Assembly: GCA_964630405.1 (NCBI GenBank)
Contig: CAZVUC010000094.1
Coordinates: forward strand, 4,158 to 68,157
Source: an uncultured Syntrophobacterales bacterium
Lineage (GTDB): Bacteria > Desulfobacterota > Binatia > UBA9968 > JAJDTQ01
DNA: 64,000 nucleotides
Reading direction: 5' to 3'
Shown here: piece by piece, positions 9,777 through 20,282 of the stretch
Numbering within the stretch: the stretch's first letter is position 1
Layout: each line of letters opens with the position of its first letter
The notes under the pieces: generated by a model
The model's input: the letters and a program-made list of their open reading frames with translations, nothing else
Databases searched by the model: none
What the model was told of the DNA's origin: nothing
Translations under genes and position numbers: made by a program

Positions 9777-10934
9777 TCAGGCCGGTACGGCTCCGGCCGG
9801 GGCCGTGTGCTCGGGCAAAGACAAGGCCGCGTCGGCGGCCGGGGCCGCGCCGTCTCCGGCTGCCACGATACGTGCGACCTCCTCGGCGTTCCGGGCCCGG
9901 ACCAACTGCGCCCGCCACTGCGCCGCGCCGCGGAATCCCTTGCAGTACCACGCCAGATGCTTGCGCATGGCGGGGAAGCGCCGTTCGCCCCAAAGGCTTT
10001 CGAAGTGGCGGCTGTGCTCCAGCAACACCCTTGTCCGTTCTTCCCGTGTCACGTCGCGGCCGGCGCCGCCGGGACTCGCGACTCCCGCCAGGGTGTCCTT
10101 GGCCCACTGCTTGTCACGGAAGACCCAGGGGTTTCCCATGGCGCCGCGCCCCAGCAGCACGCCGTCGACGCCGGTCTGCCGGATCCGCTCCACTGCGTCC
10201 GCCATGGACTTGAGATCCCCGTTCCCCAGGACCAGCGTCGGCAGGCCCCGGGCCAACTCCACCGCGCGGTGGATGGCGTCCCAGTCCGCGAACCCCTTGT
10301 ACATCTGCTTCAACGTCCGCCCGTGCAGCGAAATGGCCGCCGGGTCCTCGCCCAACAGGACCGGAATCCACTCGTCCACCGCCACCTTGTCGTATCCCAC
10401 CCGCGTCTTGACCGAGAGCGGGAGCAACGGGCGGGCGGCCGGACGCATGCGGCCCCGGTTCATGCGGCGGACCCGTTCCACCACGTCGGGCGCCAGCCCC
10501 GCGTCCTCCAGGCGCTGCCCTCCGGCCCAATCCTCCAGCCCCCGGCGCGCGGCGCGGATGATGGCCACCGCCAGCTCGGGATTGAGGATCAGCCCGGCGC
10601 CGCATCCCTTGTTGGCGACGTTCTTGGCCGGGCAGCCCATGTTGATGTCCAGGCCGTCGAACCCGAGCTCGCCGACGATGTGCGCCACCTGGTAGAAGGC
10701 CCGCGGGGTGCGGCCGTAGATTTGCGCCAGGACGGGACGCTCGCACTCGCCGTAGGAGAAGTCCCGCACCCACCCGTCCGCGCCGCAGCAGATGGCCTCC
10801 ACGCTGGTGAACTCGGTCATGCACAGGTCCGGCCGGCCGTGCCGCGCCGCCACCAGCCGGAACGAGGCGTCCGTGACCCCGTCCATGGGGGAGAGGCCGA
10901 TGATGGGTCTGTCGATCCGGCTCCAGAAACTCAT
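9777..10934 (-). CDS. dus: tRNA-dihydrouridine synthase family protein
   Basis: LSPMDGVTD, DINMGCPAK, SVKTRVG, LHGRT, GNGD, GRGAMGNPW; start MSFWSRID at 10934. Confidence 0.93.
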   Translation of the reverse strand: MSFWSRIDRPIIGLSPMDGVTDASFRLVAARHGRPDLCMTEFTSVEAICCGADGWVRDFSYGECERPVLAQIYGRTPRAFYQVAHIVGELGFDGLDINMGCPAKNVANKGCGAGLILNPELAVAIIRAARRGLEDWAGGQRLEDAGLAPDVVERVRRMNRGRMRPAARPLLPLSVKTRVGYDKVAVDEWIPVLLGEDPAAISLHGRTLKQMYKGFADWDAIHRAVELARGLPTLVLGNGDLKSMADAVERIRQTGVDGVLLGRGAMGNPWVFRDKQWAKDTLAGVASPGGAGRDVTREERTRVLLEHSRHFESLWGERRFPAMRKHLAWYCKGFRGAAQWRAQLVRARNAEEVARIVAAGDGAAPAADAALSLPEHTAPAGAVPA

Positions 10935-10966
10935 GGTGTGAAGGGAATCGCGCGGCCGCGGGGGCG

Positions 10967-12115
10967 TCACCCGGCGGCGTCCGCCCGCCGGGCAATGATG
11001 GCGTCGAGCTCCTCCCTGAGGCGCGGGAGTATCTCGTCGTAAGGGAAGGCCCCCAGCGGCTCGCTGCCGCGCTTGAGGTTGACGAACCTGGGGCCGCACC
11101 ACAGTCCGAGGTCGGCGTCGTCGGTCTCGCCGGGCCCGTTGACGCGGCAGCCCATGACCGCGATGGTGACGGCATGGTCGGCGGCGTAGGCGGTCATCTC
11201 CTTGACCTGCTCCGCCAGCTCCACGAAGTTCTCGTTCTCCACCCGCGAGCAGCTCGGACAACTGATGATGTTGAGGCTGTCGCGGCCGTAGTCCACGACG
11301 CTGCGCACACGGCCTTCGGCGATGTCCGCCAGGATCTCGCGTCCGGCGGCGATCTCCTCCGGCTTGCGGGGGTTGGGTACGGTCAGGGACACCCGGATGG
11401 TGTCGCCGATGCCCCGGCTGATGAGCTGCTCGAAGGCGATGCGCGTCTTGATGATCCCGTCCGGCGGCAGCCCCGCCTCGGTGACGCCGAGATGGAGCGG
11501 CACGTCCGGGCGCCGGTCGGCGAAGCGCCTGTTGACCTCGATGACCTTGGCCGGATCCGAGTCCTTGAGCGAGACGCAGTAGCGGGTGAAACCCAGGCCG
11601 TCCAGCAGTTCGCAGTGCTCCCAGGCGCTGGCCAGCATCGGCGAGATGGAGTCGTCTTCGGGAAACTTCTCCTGCTGGGCGGGGTCCACCGAGCCGCAGT
11701 TCACCCCCACGCGCATGGCGCAGTCGTTGGCCGCCGCCACCTCCGCCAGGAACCGGACCTTGTCTTGCCAGGCTTTCTGGCGCTCGTGGTGATAGAGGTG
11801 GCCGGGGTTGTAGCGGATCTTGTCCACGTGGGGCGCAACCACGCTGGCGAGCCGGTAGTTCTCCTGGAGGTCCACCGAAAGGTTGGCTTCGGTGGCGTCG
11901 CGGATTGCCGCCAGCGCCGCCGCGTCCTTCCTGCTGTCGACGGCGATGCGGACCACGTCGGCGCCGGCCCGGGCCAGGTCGTTGACCTGCGCCACGGTCG
12001 CCTCGACGTCCTGGGTATGGGTGGCGCACATGCTCTGCACGGCGATGGGGTGGTCCCCCCCGATGACGGTGGTGCCGATGCGCACGGAGCGAGTGGGATT
12101 GCGAGGCAGTTTCAC
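10967..12115 (-). CDS. ispG: (E)-4-hydroxy-3-methylbut-2-enyl-diphosphate synthase
   Basis: [59 protein letters not shown]; GTG start inferred. Confidence 0.95.
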   Translation of the reverse strand: MKLPRNPTRSVRIGTTVIGGDHPIAVQSMCATHTQDVEATVAQVNDLARAGADVVRIAVDSRKDAAALAAIRDATEANLSVDLQENYRLASVVAPHVDKIRYNPGHLYHHERQKAWQDKVRFLAEVAAANDCAMRVGVNCGSVDPAQQEKFPEDDSISPMLASAWEHCELLDGLGFTRYCVSLKDSDPAKVIEVNRRFADRRPDVPLHLGVTEAGLPPDGIIKTRIAFEQLISRGIGDTIRVSLTVPNPRKPEEIAAGREILADIAEGRVRSVVDYGRDSLNIISCPSCSRVENENFVELAEQVKEMTAYAADHAVTIAVMGCRVNGPGETDDADLGLWCGPRFVNLKRGSEPLGAFPYDEILPRLREELDAIIARRADAAG

Positions 12116-12250
12116 GGTTTCGTTCCTTCGGGGGACGGGTGATACGGCGGCTCTTTCTAAGCTACCGTGAAAGGCCCGGGGACGCAACATGAAGGAGGAC
12201 GTTGCGCGGCGTCCTTGATGGGGAACCGGCGTTGGTCTAGACTGGGCCAC

Positions 12251-14392
12251 GTGAATTCTGTACTGCCCGTCCGGAGGCCGCCGCCTCGTTGGCGCCTGCG
12301 CGCCGGCTGCTGCTCCGTGATCGCGTTCTGGTTGCTCGCAAGCCTGACGTGGGCCGAAACCGCGGCGGCGCCGGTCCTCACCGATCTCTCGCCGGACACC
12401 CAGCAGTCCGCTCTCGGCAAGGAGATTCTCCACCGCCTGTCCCGGGGACACTACAACTCCATCACCCTGAACGATCGGGTTTCCGGCAGGATCTTCGATT
12501 CCTACCTGAGGGCCATGGACCCGTCGCGAAGTTATTTCCGGTCCTCGGACATCCGGGAGTTCGAAGCCTACAGATCACGGTTCGACGACCTGCTCAAGGC
12601 GGGAGAGCTGGGCCCTGCCTTCAGGATGTTCAATCGCTACCGGCAACGGTTGGCGGAGCGACTCCGTTTCATCGCCGCCACCATCGCTGACGAATTCGAC
12701 GCCCTGGATTTCAGCAAGGACGAGGCACTTGCGCGGAAGCACGATTCCTGGGCCGCGTCGGAGGTCGAGTTGAAGGCCCGTTGGCGCAGGCAGGTCAAGA
12801 ACGATGTGTTGAGCCGCCTGCTGGCCGGAACCAAGCGGGAAGAGGTCAGGACGGCCCTCCGACGGCGTTACGGCAACCAGCTCGTCCGCCTCGGTCAAGT
12901 CGACAGCGCCGATGCGTTTCGTATATATGTCAACGCCTTCCTCCGTGCGGTCGACCCGCATTCCGTGTATTTTCCGCCGCATCAAAGCGAAAACTTCAAC
13001 ATTCACATGAGCTTGTCGCTGGAGGGGATCGGGGCTGTACTGCAGGCGGACGGTGAGATCGTCAAGGTGGTGCGGCTGGTTGCCGGCGGACCCGCGGACA
13101 AGGCCGGCGACCTGCAGCCGGGGGACCGCATCGTCGGCGTCGGACAGGGCGAGCGGGGGGAGGTCGTGGACGTCCTCGGCATGCGTCTGCAGGACGTGGT
13201 GACGCTGATTCGCGGCCCCAGAGGGACCACGGTACGTCTGGAGATCATTCCCCAGATCAGCACCACGGAGCAACGGAAGCTCATCCGCATCGTGCGCAAC
13301 AAGGTGGATCTCGACGATCAGAAGGCGAGCCGCAGCATCCGGGAAGTGAACCTAGGCGACGGTACCCGCAAGGTCGGGATCATTCGCGTACCGGGGTTTT
13401 ATCTGGACTTCGCCGCCCTCAAGGCCGGAGACCCCAACTTCAAGAGCACGGCCGGCGACGTGAAGCGGTTGATCGCGGAGTTGGAAGAGGCGGGCGTCAG
13501 CGGGCTGGTGATCGACTTGCGGGACAACGGCGGGGGGGCGCTCCGGGAGGCCATCGCCTTGGTAAGCCTGTTCATCAGCAAGGGTCCGGTGGTGCAGGTC
13601 CGGGACGGCCGGGGCGTCATCCGCGTCCATTCGGATACGGACGGGAAGGTCGCCTACACGGGGCCGCTGGCCGTCCTGGTGAACCGCCTCAGCGCCTCGG
13701 CCTCCGAGATCTTTGCCGCGGCCATCCAGGACTACGGCCGGGGGCTGGTGGTGGGGGGACAGACGTTCGGGAAGGGGACGGTGCAGACGCTCATTCCGAT
13801 TCGCGCGGGACGTCTGAAGTTGACCCAGGCCAAGTTCTACCGGATCTCCGGGGAAGGCACCCAGAACCGCGGGGTGATACCCGACATCGAGCTCCCCGGC
13901 CTCATCGACAAGTCGCAGGTCGGCGAGAGTTCCCTGGAACACACCCTGGCGTGGGACGCCATCGACAAGGCCCGGTATTCTCCCGCGGGCAGGACCGGCC
14001 CCTTTGTCGAAACATTGGCGCAGCGACACCGTGTACGCGCGAAGTCGGACCCGGACTTCGCCTACCTCCTGGCCACGATCGACCGTCTCGAGCGGGAACG
14101 GGCGGAGACCGTCATCTCGCTGAAAGAGGAAACGCGAAGAGCCCGGAAGCAGGGCGATGAACTCCGGCAGCTCGAAAGCGAGAACCGCCGTCGCGTGGCG
14201 AAGGGCCGGAAACCGTTTGCGAGCTACGCGGAGTTGGCGGCCTACAACGAGAAGAGGACAGGCCCGGGTGCGTCGCGCCAGGAGGATCCGATCCTGAACG
14301 AGGCCGCCCACATCCTGGCGGACTTCATCGAGGTGACCCGAAATCCGGAGGGTCCGAGGCCGGCCGCTACGGATATGCGGACCCGTCCGTGA
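12251..14392 (+). CDS. prc: Carboxy-terminal processing protease (Prc/Tsp, S41A; PDZ plus long C-terminal domain); start uncertain
   Basis: [55 protein letters not shown]. Confidence 0.92.
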   Translation: MNSVLPVRRPPPRWRLRAGCCSVIAFWLLASLTWAETAAAPVLTDLSPDTQQSALGKEILHRLSRGHYNSITLNDRVSGRIFDSYLRAMDPSRSYFRSSDIREFEAYRSRFDDLLKAGELGPAFRMFNRYRQRLAERLRFIAATIADEFDALDFSKDEALARKHDSWAASEVELKARWRRQVKNDVLSRLLAGTKREEVRTALRRRYGNQLVRLGQVDSADAFRIYVNAFLRAVDPHSVYFPPHQSENFNIHMSLSLEGIGAVLQADGEIVKVVRLVAGGPADKAGDLQPGDRIVGVGQGERGEVVDVLGMRLQDVVTLIRGPRGTTVRLEIIPQISTTEQRKLIRIVRNKVDLDDQKASRSIREVNLGDGTRKVGIIRVPGFYLDFAALKAGDPNFKSTAGDVKRLIAELEEAGVSGLVIDLRDNGGGALREAIALVSLFISKGPVVQVRDGRGVIRVHSDTDGKVAYTGPLAVLVNRLSASASEIFAAAIQDYGRGLVVGGQTFGKGTVQTLIPIRAGRLKLTQAKFYRISGEGTQNRGVIPDIELPGLIDKSQVGESSLEHTLAWDAIDKARYSPAGRTGPFVETLAQRHRVRAKSDPDFAYLLATIDRLERERAETVISLKEETRRARKQGDELRQLESENRRRVAKGRKPFASYAELAAYNEKRTGPGASRQEDPILNEAAHILADFIEVTRNPEGPRPAATDMRTRP

Positions 14393-14401
14393 TCCCGGGG
14401 G

Positions 14402-15190
14402 CTATTCGCCCCCGTTTACGTCCACCACCGAACCGTTCACGAACGAGGCCGCGTCGGACGCCAGGAACAGCGCGACGCCGGCCACCTCGTCGGGCTTGCC
14501 GTGGCGTCCCAGTGCGATGTTCTCCAGGCCTTCCGACTCCAGCCGCGCCAGGCTCGTTCCTCCCGGCCGCGGCGTGTCGATGATCCCCGGCGCCACCGCG
14601 TTCACCCGCACCTCCGGCCCCCATTGATTGGCCATGTGGAAGGTCAGGTTCATGACGGCCGCCTTGGCTGTGCCGTAGGCGGCCATGTTGGGGCGCTCGT
14701 GCTTGGTGGAGCGGCCGGATATGGAGCCGATGTTGACGATGGCGCCCTTGCCCCGCTCTTTCATGTGCGGCACCACCGCCTTGGAGCAGAGGAAAGCGGT
14801 CTTGACGTTGACGTCATAGACGCCCATGAAATCCTCGGGCGAGAGTTCCAGAAGGGTCCCGCGCTGGAACGCCGGCATCTCCGGGTTGCGGCTGTAGGAG
14901 CCGCCGGCGACGTTCAGGAGTGCGTCGATGCGGCCGAACCGGTCCAGGGTGGCAGCCACCAGGCCCTTGACCTGATCTTCGCTGGACACGTCCACCGCCA
15001 GCCCCGCGGCGCCGACGCCCAGGGCTTCGACTTCCTGCACCACCGGCGGTATCGACTCCGCCGGCAGCGAGGCGATCATGACGTTGGAGCCCGCCTGGGC
15101 GAAGGCCAGCGCGCAGCAGCGGCCGATGCCGCCGCTGCCGCCGGTGATGATGGTGGTGCGTCCTTCCAGAGAAAAGCGTGAGAGATCCAT
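14402..15190 (-). CDS. SDR family oxidoreductase
   Basis: TGGSGGIG, NIGS, YGTAK, VNAVAPG. Confidence 0.92.
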   Translation of the reverse strand: MDLSRFSLEGRTTIITGGSGGIGRCCALAFAQAGSNVMIASLPAESIPPVVQEVEALGVGAAGLAVDVSSEDQVKGLVAATLDRFGRIDALLNVAGGSYSRNPEMPAFQRGTLLELSPEDFMGVYDVNVKTAFLCSKAVVPHMKERGKGAIVNIGSISGRSTKHERPNMAAYGTAKAAVMNLTFHMANQWGPEVRVNAVAPGIIDTPRPGGTSLARLESEGLENIALGRHGKPDEVAGVALFLASDAASFVNGSVVDVNGGE

Positions 15191-15224
15191 TCGAGTATCC
15201 TTCCGTGTTGAGGATTGGGTCCGG

Positions 15225-16148
15225 TCAGCCTTCCCACAGGTGGCGGAACTGCACCGCGACCACGTCCTCGTAGGGCACGGGCGCGGAGAGCAGGCCGATA
15301 TCCTGGGCGAACCGGTTCATGCTGGACACCACCGGTTCCGGGATCCGGGGATCGTAGTAGGGGATGTCGCGTTCGATGAGGGTGGCGATGAGCCCGGCCT
15401 CCTCCGGCGGGTACAGGGCCTTGCCCACGTCCGCCGCCCGTTGCGGGTCCTCCACCAGCGCCTTCTGGGTCTTGACCAGCGCCCGCACCGCGGCCGCTGC
15501 CGCGTCGGGGTTGTCGGCGATCACCCGGTCCGAGGTGATCAGGGCAGGGAAGGTGTACCCGCGCGCCTCGGCGGGGCCCTCGCCGCGCCGGATGTCCAGC
15601 ACGACGGTGCCGGCGCCGTGCCGCACCGCCACCTCGGCCCCCATGCCGTTGGCCCAGAAACCGTCGATGGCGCCTTCGGAAAGGGCCTTGGCGGCGGTCA
15701 CGCCGAAGGAGACGCCGGGTGCGGTGGCTCCGGGCACCGGTGCGATCTGGATGTTGTCGGCCTCGGGGTCCAGTCCGGCCGCCGCCAGCATCCGCTTGAG
15801 TCCCAGGTCCACGCCCGGCGCCGCGCCGATGCGGAGCCCCTTGACGGCCTCGACGTCGCCGCGCCTGGCGCCCAGGTCGGACCGCAGCACCAGGAACCAG
15901 TACATGTGCTGGGCCAGAGCCGCCAGCAGCTTGGCGCCTTTCCAATCCGGAAACTTGGTGAGGGTGGCGTGGGACGAGGCGGCCACGAAGTCGAGCTTGT
16001 GGTCCCTCAGGGTCTCGAAGGTCTTGGGCACGGGAAAGATGGACTCCAACTCCATGTCCAGGCCTTCGGCCTTGAAAAAGCCGAGCTCGACCGCGGCAAT
16101 GGCGGGGAAGTAGGAGTTGGAAACGAAATCGGGCAGTCCTATGCGCAT
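15225..16148 (-). CDS. NitT/TauT (SsuA/THI5-like) substrate-binding protein
   Basis: AVELGFFKAEGLDME, VKGLRIG, GAIDG; no obvious signal peptide. Confidence 0.8.
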   Translation of the reverse strand: MRIGLPDFVSNSYFPAIAAVELGFFKAEGLDMELESIFPVPKTFETLRDHKLDFVAASSHATLTKFPDWKGAKLLAALAQHMYWFLVLRSDLGARRGDVEAVKGLRIGAAPGVDLGLKRMLAAAGLDPEADNIQIAPVPGATAPGVSFGVTAAKALSEGAIDGFWANGMGAEVAVRHGAGTVVLDIRRGEGPAEARGYTFPALITSDRVIADNPDAAAAAVRALVKTQKALVEDPQRAADVGKALYPPEEAGLIATLIERDIPYYDPRIPEPVVSSMNRFAQDIGLLSAPVPYEDVVAVQFRHLWEG

Positions 16149-16242
16149 GGCGTTCCTTTCGCAACGGGGCGTTGGGGTCAGGGTGTAACGGATTCAGTGC
16201 GCGGATGCAAAGCGATCCGGGAAGACAAGGGAAGCATTGCAG

Positions 16243-16316
16243 CACGGTGGTGGATCATGCCTCAGGGGGATGGAGGGCGGACCCAACATCCCCCTGAGGC
16301 ATGATCCACCACCGTG
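16243..16316. repeat. Perfect 30-bp inverted repeat (long hairpin)
   Basis: CACGGTGGTGGATCATGCCTCAGGGGGATG (16243-16272) and its exact reverse complement (16287-16316), 14-nt spacer. Confidence 0.92.
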
Positions 16317-16347
16317 TCCGACGGCAATTGATCAGAGTTTCAAAACT

Positions 16348-17793
16348 TCAGCCCCAGTACGTGGTACGGTCCACCGGGATCGAATCCACCACCTCCCGGG
16401 GCAGGTAGTCTTCCACCCGGATGCGCGCCATCGCCTCGTCGGGGCACTTGGACACGGGTGAGAAAGGCCGGTCCAGCGGGCGGGTGGCGTCCACGATCAT
16501 GGCCGAGGTGCGGATCCCCTCGTCCATGGACGGGTCGATCAGGGGGCCGCGCATGAGGTCGGTGATGAGCGACACCTGCCGGTGGGGCTGTACCCGCGTG
16601 GCCAGCGCCCACAGGATCTCGGTGGGGTTGTAGACGTCGATGTCGTCATCGAAGATGAAGACGTGCTTGCACTGGTCGAAGCTCAGGGCCGCGGCCGCGG
16701 CCCGTCCCGGGTCCCCTTCGGACATCTTGTTCATGGCGATGAACACGTTCATCAGGGCATGCCGTCCGTTCTTGCACACCGCCGTCACCCCGGGCACGGC
16801 CTCGCGGCAGCGCCGCAGGTAAGCGCCCTCCCGCGCCAGGTCCATCCACGGCTTGTCGCCGTCCGGGGTGATGACCGACTGGTGGATGGCGTCCCGCCGG
16901 CGGGTGAGGGCGCGCACTTCCAGCGAGGCGGCCTGGCGGAAGCCCTGGGGCCCCACGTAGCCGTGGACCTCCCCGAACGGCCCCTCCACCACGCGTTCTC
17001 CCGGGACCAGCACCCCCTCGATGACGATCTCCGCGTCCGCCGGCACCATCAGCCGGTCGCCGAAGGTCTCCGACGGGGTCAGCCGCAGCGGCTCCCGCAG
17101 GTAGCCGCCGATGATGTCGAGCTCGTCGGCCTCGAACGGCCCCCGGTAGCAGGCGCCGATGTTGAAGGCGGGATGGTGCCCGCTCACCACCGCCACCGGG
17201 CATTCCTCGCCGTGGTCCTCGTAGTCCCGGAAGATGCGCCACATGTGCTGCAACGACAGGTAGAAGCCGGTGTGGTTCCGGCCCTTCACCTCCATGCGGT
17301 GGTAGGAGACGTTGTACACCCCCGTGTTCCGGTCTCGGCCGAGGCTGGGCATGTCGATGTAGGGCCCGCCGTCCAGGGCGTGGTGGCGCATCACCGGGAG
17401 CTCGAGGAGGTCCACCTCCGAGCCCAGCCGGACGATTTCCTTGACCGGCGCCTCGCTTCGATCCACCACCACCGGCGGAATCGGGTTGGCCTCCCGTCTC
17501 AGGCATTCCAGCGCCAACTCGGCCCGGTTCATCGCCGGCGGCACTCCGAGGGCGGTCTGGAACTTGCCCATGGAGACTTCGCAGTTCATGGCCAGCCGGA
17601 CTTCGGAGGTGTTGCCGCGGAGGTCTTGCGGTTGCTCGAACAGCAGCACCGGGAACTGCTTCCGTTCCGCCAACTGGGCGACCAGGGCGGAGACGTCGTG
17701 ACGCGCCGGGTCCACCGGGCGGGCGACGTGGACCAGCTCCCCGGGCCGCTGGCGCCTCAGGTCGTCGAGAAAGGTCCGTAGGCTCTTGGCCAT
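16348..17793 (-). CDS. UbiD family (prFMN-dependent) decarboxylase
   Basis: DGGPYI, YNVSYHRM, VPADAEIVIEG, EGPFGE, DDDIDV, WALATRV; start MAKSLRTF. Confidence 0.92.
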   Translation of the reverse strand: MAKSLRTFLDDLRRQRPGELVHVARPVDPARHDVSALVAQLAERKQFPVLLFEQPQDLRGNTSEVRLAMNCEVSMGKFQTALGVPPAMNRAELALECLRREANPIPPVVVDRSEAPVKEIVRLGSEVDLLELPVMRHHALDGGPYIDMPSLGRDRNTGVYNVSYHRMEVKGRNHTGFYLSLQHMWRIFRDYEDHGEECPVAVVSGHHPAFNIGACYRGPFEADELDIIGGYLREPLRLTPSETFGDRLMVPADAEIVIEGVLVPGERVVEGPFGEVHGYVGPQGFRQAASLEVRALTRRRDAIHQSVITPDGDKPWMDLAREGAYLRRCREAVPGVTAVCKNGRHALMNVFIAMNKMSEGDPGRAAAAALSFDQCKHVFIFDDDIDVYNPTEILWALATRVQPHRQVSLITDLMRGPLIDPSMDEGIRTSAMIVDATRPLDRPFSPVSKCPDEAMARIRVEDYLPREVVDSIPVDRTTYWG

Positions 17794-17821
17794 GAACGTG
17801 CCGGGCGAATGGGCCGACGCG

Positions 17822-18568
17822 TCAGTAGACGATGTCGCCACCGTCCACCACCAGGGTCTGGCCGGTGACGAAGTCACTGTCCGCGGAAGCGAGGTAGAGC
17901 ACCACCCCGGTGAGGTCTGCTGGCACTTGCCGGCGCTTGATGGACCTGGCGTCCACGCGGCTGGCCGAAATCTCGGGCGGCACGGTCTGGCCCTCGTGCT
18001 CCACCAGGCCGGGGGCGATGGCGTTGACGTTGATGCCGAAGCCGCCGAGCTCCCGCGCCATGGAGCGGGTCATGCCGATCAGCGCGGCCTTGGAGGCCAC
18101 GTAGTGAAGGAAGTTCGGCGTGCCCGCCATCACCGTGTTGGAGGAGATGTTGATGATCCTGCCGCCGCCTCGATCGCGCATGCCCGGCAACACGGCCTTG
18201 GCGCAGAGGAACACACCCTTGATGTTGACGGCCGTGACCCGGTCCCATTCCTCGGCGGAGATCTCGTGGAACGGCCGCCGGTTGATGCTCACGTAGATGG
18301 CGGCGTTGTTCACCAGGATATCAATGCCACCGAAGGCATTGACGGCCGCCTGCGCCATGCGCAGGGTGTCGTCTTCCCGGGAAACGTCGACCTCGACGGC
18401 CACGGCCTCGCCGCCGCCGGCAACGATGGCTTCAGCGGCCGCCGAGCCGTCCAGCACGTCCGCGACCACCACGCGCGCGCCTTCCGCGGCCAGCGTCTTC
18501 GCATACACCGCGCCGATGTTGCGGGCGCCGCCGGTTACGATGGCCACCTTTCCTTCAAGACGACCCAT
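17822..18568 (-). CDS. SDR family oxidoreductase
   Basis: TGGARNIG, LVNNA, NISS, YVASK, NAIAPG. Confidence 0.93.
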   Translation of the reverse strand: MGRLEGKVAIVTGGARNIGAVYAKTLAAEGARVVVADVLDGSAAAEAIVAGGGEAVAVEVDVSREDDTLRMAQAAVNAFGGIDILVNNAAIYVSINRRPFHEISAEEWDRVTAVNIKGVFLCAKAVLPGMRDRGGGRIINISSNTVMAGTPNFLHYVASKAALIGMTRSMARELGGFGINVNAIAPGLVEHEGQTVPPEISASRVDARSIKRRQVPADLTGVVLYLASADSDFVTGQTLVVDGGDIVY

Positions 18569-18609
18569 GCATGTCCTTGTTCAAGATGGCGTCCTTCGAC
18601 TTCGCTCCG

Positions 18610-20262
18610 CTACCCCGCGGCGCTGCTCGCCGCCGCCCGTTCGTTCATCTCCTGGAGCTGCCGCCGCAGATCGAGGGGCTCCCACCAAAGCTTCAGGCCC
18701 AGGTCCCGTGCGATGGTCTGGGCGGCGTTGTATCCCGGCGCGCCGGTGATGTTGCCGCCGGGATGGGTCGAGGAGCCGCACAGATAGAGTCCGGAGACCG
18801 GAGTGCGGTAGTGGCCCCAGCCGGGGAAGGGGCGGTTCTCCAGCGCCTGGTCGCCGGTGTACTCCCCCACCATCCAGTCGCCTTCGTACATGTTCCGGTC
18901 GTGACGCTCGATGTCCAACGGAGTGGTGGAGTCGCGTGACAGGATGTTGTCGTCGGTGAGGTTGGGCGCGTATTGGCGCCACACTCCCAGTTGCCGTTCG
19001 AACCACTCGCCCCTCGCCTTGTCCCAGTTGAGCGGATTGCCCCACAGGTTGTAGGCGGCGAGCTGCCACATGAACGCGGTGGCCTTGCCCGGCGGCGCCT
19101 GGGTCGGATCGTGATGGGACGGCGTGGCGCCGTTCATGAAGGGCTTGCGCGGCAGTTGCCCCGAGCGGCAGTCGTCGAACAGGTTGCGCAGGTCCTCGTA
19201 GGTGTCCAGGCCGACGATGTGCATGAAGCTGTCGGCCACTTCCGGATGCTCGTCCTCGGTGATGTAGCGCGGCCGTTCGTTGAGGGCCAGGTTGGTGGCG
19301 AAGATCGGCGTGGTCTTGGAGAACTTGAACCCGGCCGCCTTGGCGCTGAACCCGGCGTCCAGGTTCTCCGACCCCACCAGCTTGATGAAGGTCTCCACCG
19401 GGTTGACGTTGGAGGCGATGAAGCGCTTGGCATGCACCACCGTCCCGTCCTCCAGCACCACGGCGGTGGCCCGGCCCCCGTCCACCAGGATCCGTTCCAC
19501 CCCCACCGCCTCGATGTAGTCCACGCCGTTGTGGGACAGCATGTGCGCGAGGTTGTCGCCCAGGGCGTGGGAGGTGCCGCGGCAGAGCTGAGGGTTGACG
19601 CCCCAGGCGATCATGGCCGGGACCAGATAGCCGGTGTTGGGCGCGTCCAGCTCATAGCCTCGCATCACGGCCAGGAAGCCGATGAACGCCCGCACCCGGG
19701 TGTTCTCGAAGTGCTCCAGGATGAACTGCTCCGGCGTGGTGTCGAAGTAGCGCAGGTACTCCCGGCCCTCGGCCAGCCCCTCCAGCAGGGGCCGCTTCTC
19801 GTTCATGGGGACGGGCGGGCAGTAGGTCTCGGGGAAGACGATGTTCTTCACCACCGGCTGCCACCGGGTCCAGATGTCGCGGAAGGTGTCGGCGTCCTTC
19901 CGGGAGCACTGCTCGATGGTGGCGATGGTCCGCTCCACGTCGGCGAACCAGCCCAGGTAGGTGCGGTCGAGGAAGTGCTGCACCACCCCCGGGTCGGGCT
20001 TGTAGTAGTGGATGCCCATGCGCTCCATCTCCAGGTCCTGGAACCAGGGCAGCATCATGAGCCCGCGGTGAAACACCGAGTGGATGTTGTGCCAGAACCC
20101 GGGATAGTTCCGGTCCTCGTGGGAGTCGAGCCCTCCGCCCACCTCCATGTTCTTCTCGACCACCAGGATCTTTTGGCCGGACTTGCCCAGGTAGCCGGCG
20201 CAGATCATGCCGTTGTGGCCCGCGCCGATCACCACGCCGTCGTAATGCATCACTTTCGCCAT
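18610..20262 (-). CDS. Phytoene-desaturase-like (CrtI/PYROXD2-type) FAD-dependent oxidoreductase
   Basis: IGAGHNG, QAPPGKAT, YAPN, YRTPVSGLYLCGSSTHPGGNITGAPGYNAA. Confidence 0.88.
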   Translation of the reverse strand: MAKVMHYDGVVIGAGHNGMICAGYLGKSGQKILVVEKNMEVGGGLDSHEDRNYPGFWHNIHSVFHRGLMMLPWFQDLEMERMGIHYYKPDPGVVQHFLDRTYLGWFADVERTIATIEQCSRKDADTFRDIWTRWQPVVKNIVFPETYCPPVPMNEKRPLLEGLAEGREYLRYFDTTPEQFILEHFENTRVRAFIGFLAVMRGYELDAPNTGYLVPAMIAWGVNPQLCRGTSHALGDNLAHMLSHNGVDYIEAVGVERILVDGGRATAVVLEDGTVVHAKRFIASNVNPVETFIKLVGSENLDAGFSAKAAGFKFSKTTPIFATNLALNERPRYITEDEHPEVADSFMHIVGLDTYEDLRNLFDDCRSGQLPRKPFMNGATPSHHDPTQAPPGKATAFMWQLAAYNLWGNPLNWDKARGEWFERQLGVWRQYAPNLTDDNILSRDSTTPLDIERHDRNMYEGDWMVGEYTGDQALENRPFPGWGHYRTPVSGLYLCGSSTHPGGNITGAPGYNAAQTIARDLGLKLWWEPLDLRRQLQEMNERAAASSAAG

Positions 20263-20282
20263 GATTCACCCGCCTTCGTGCT

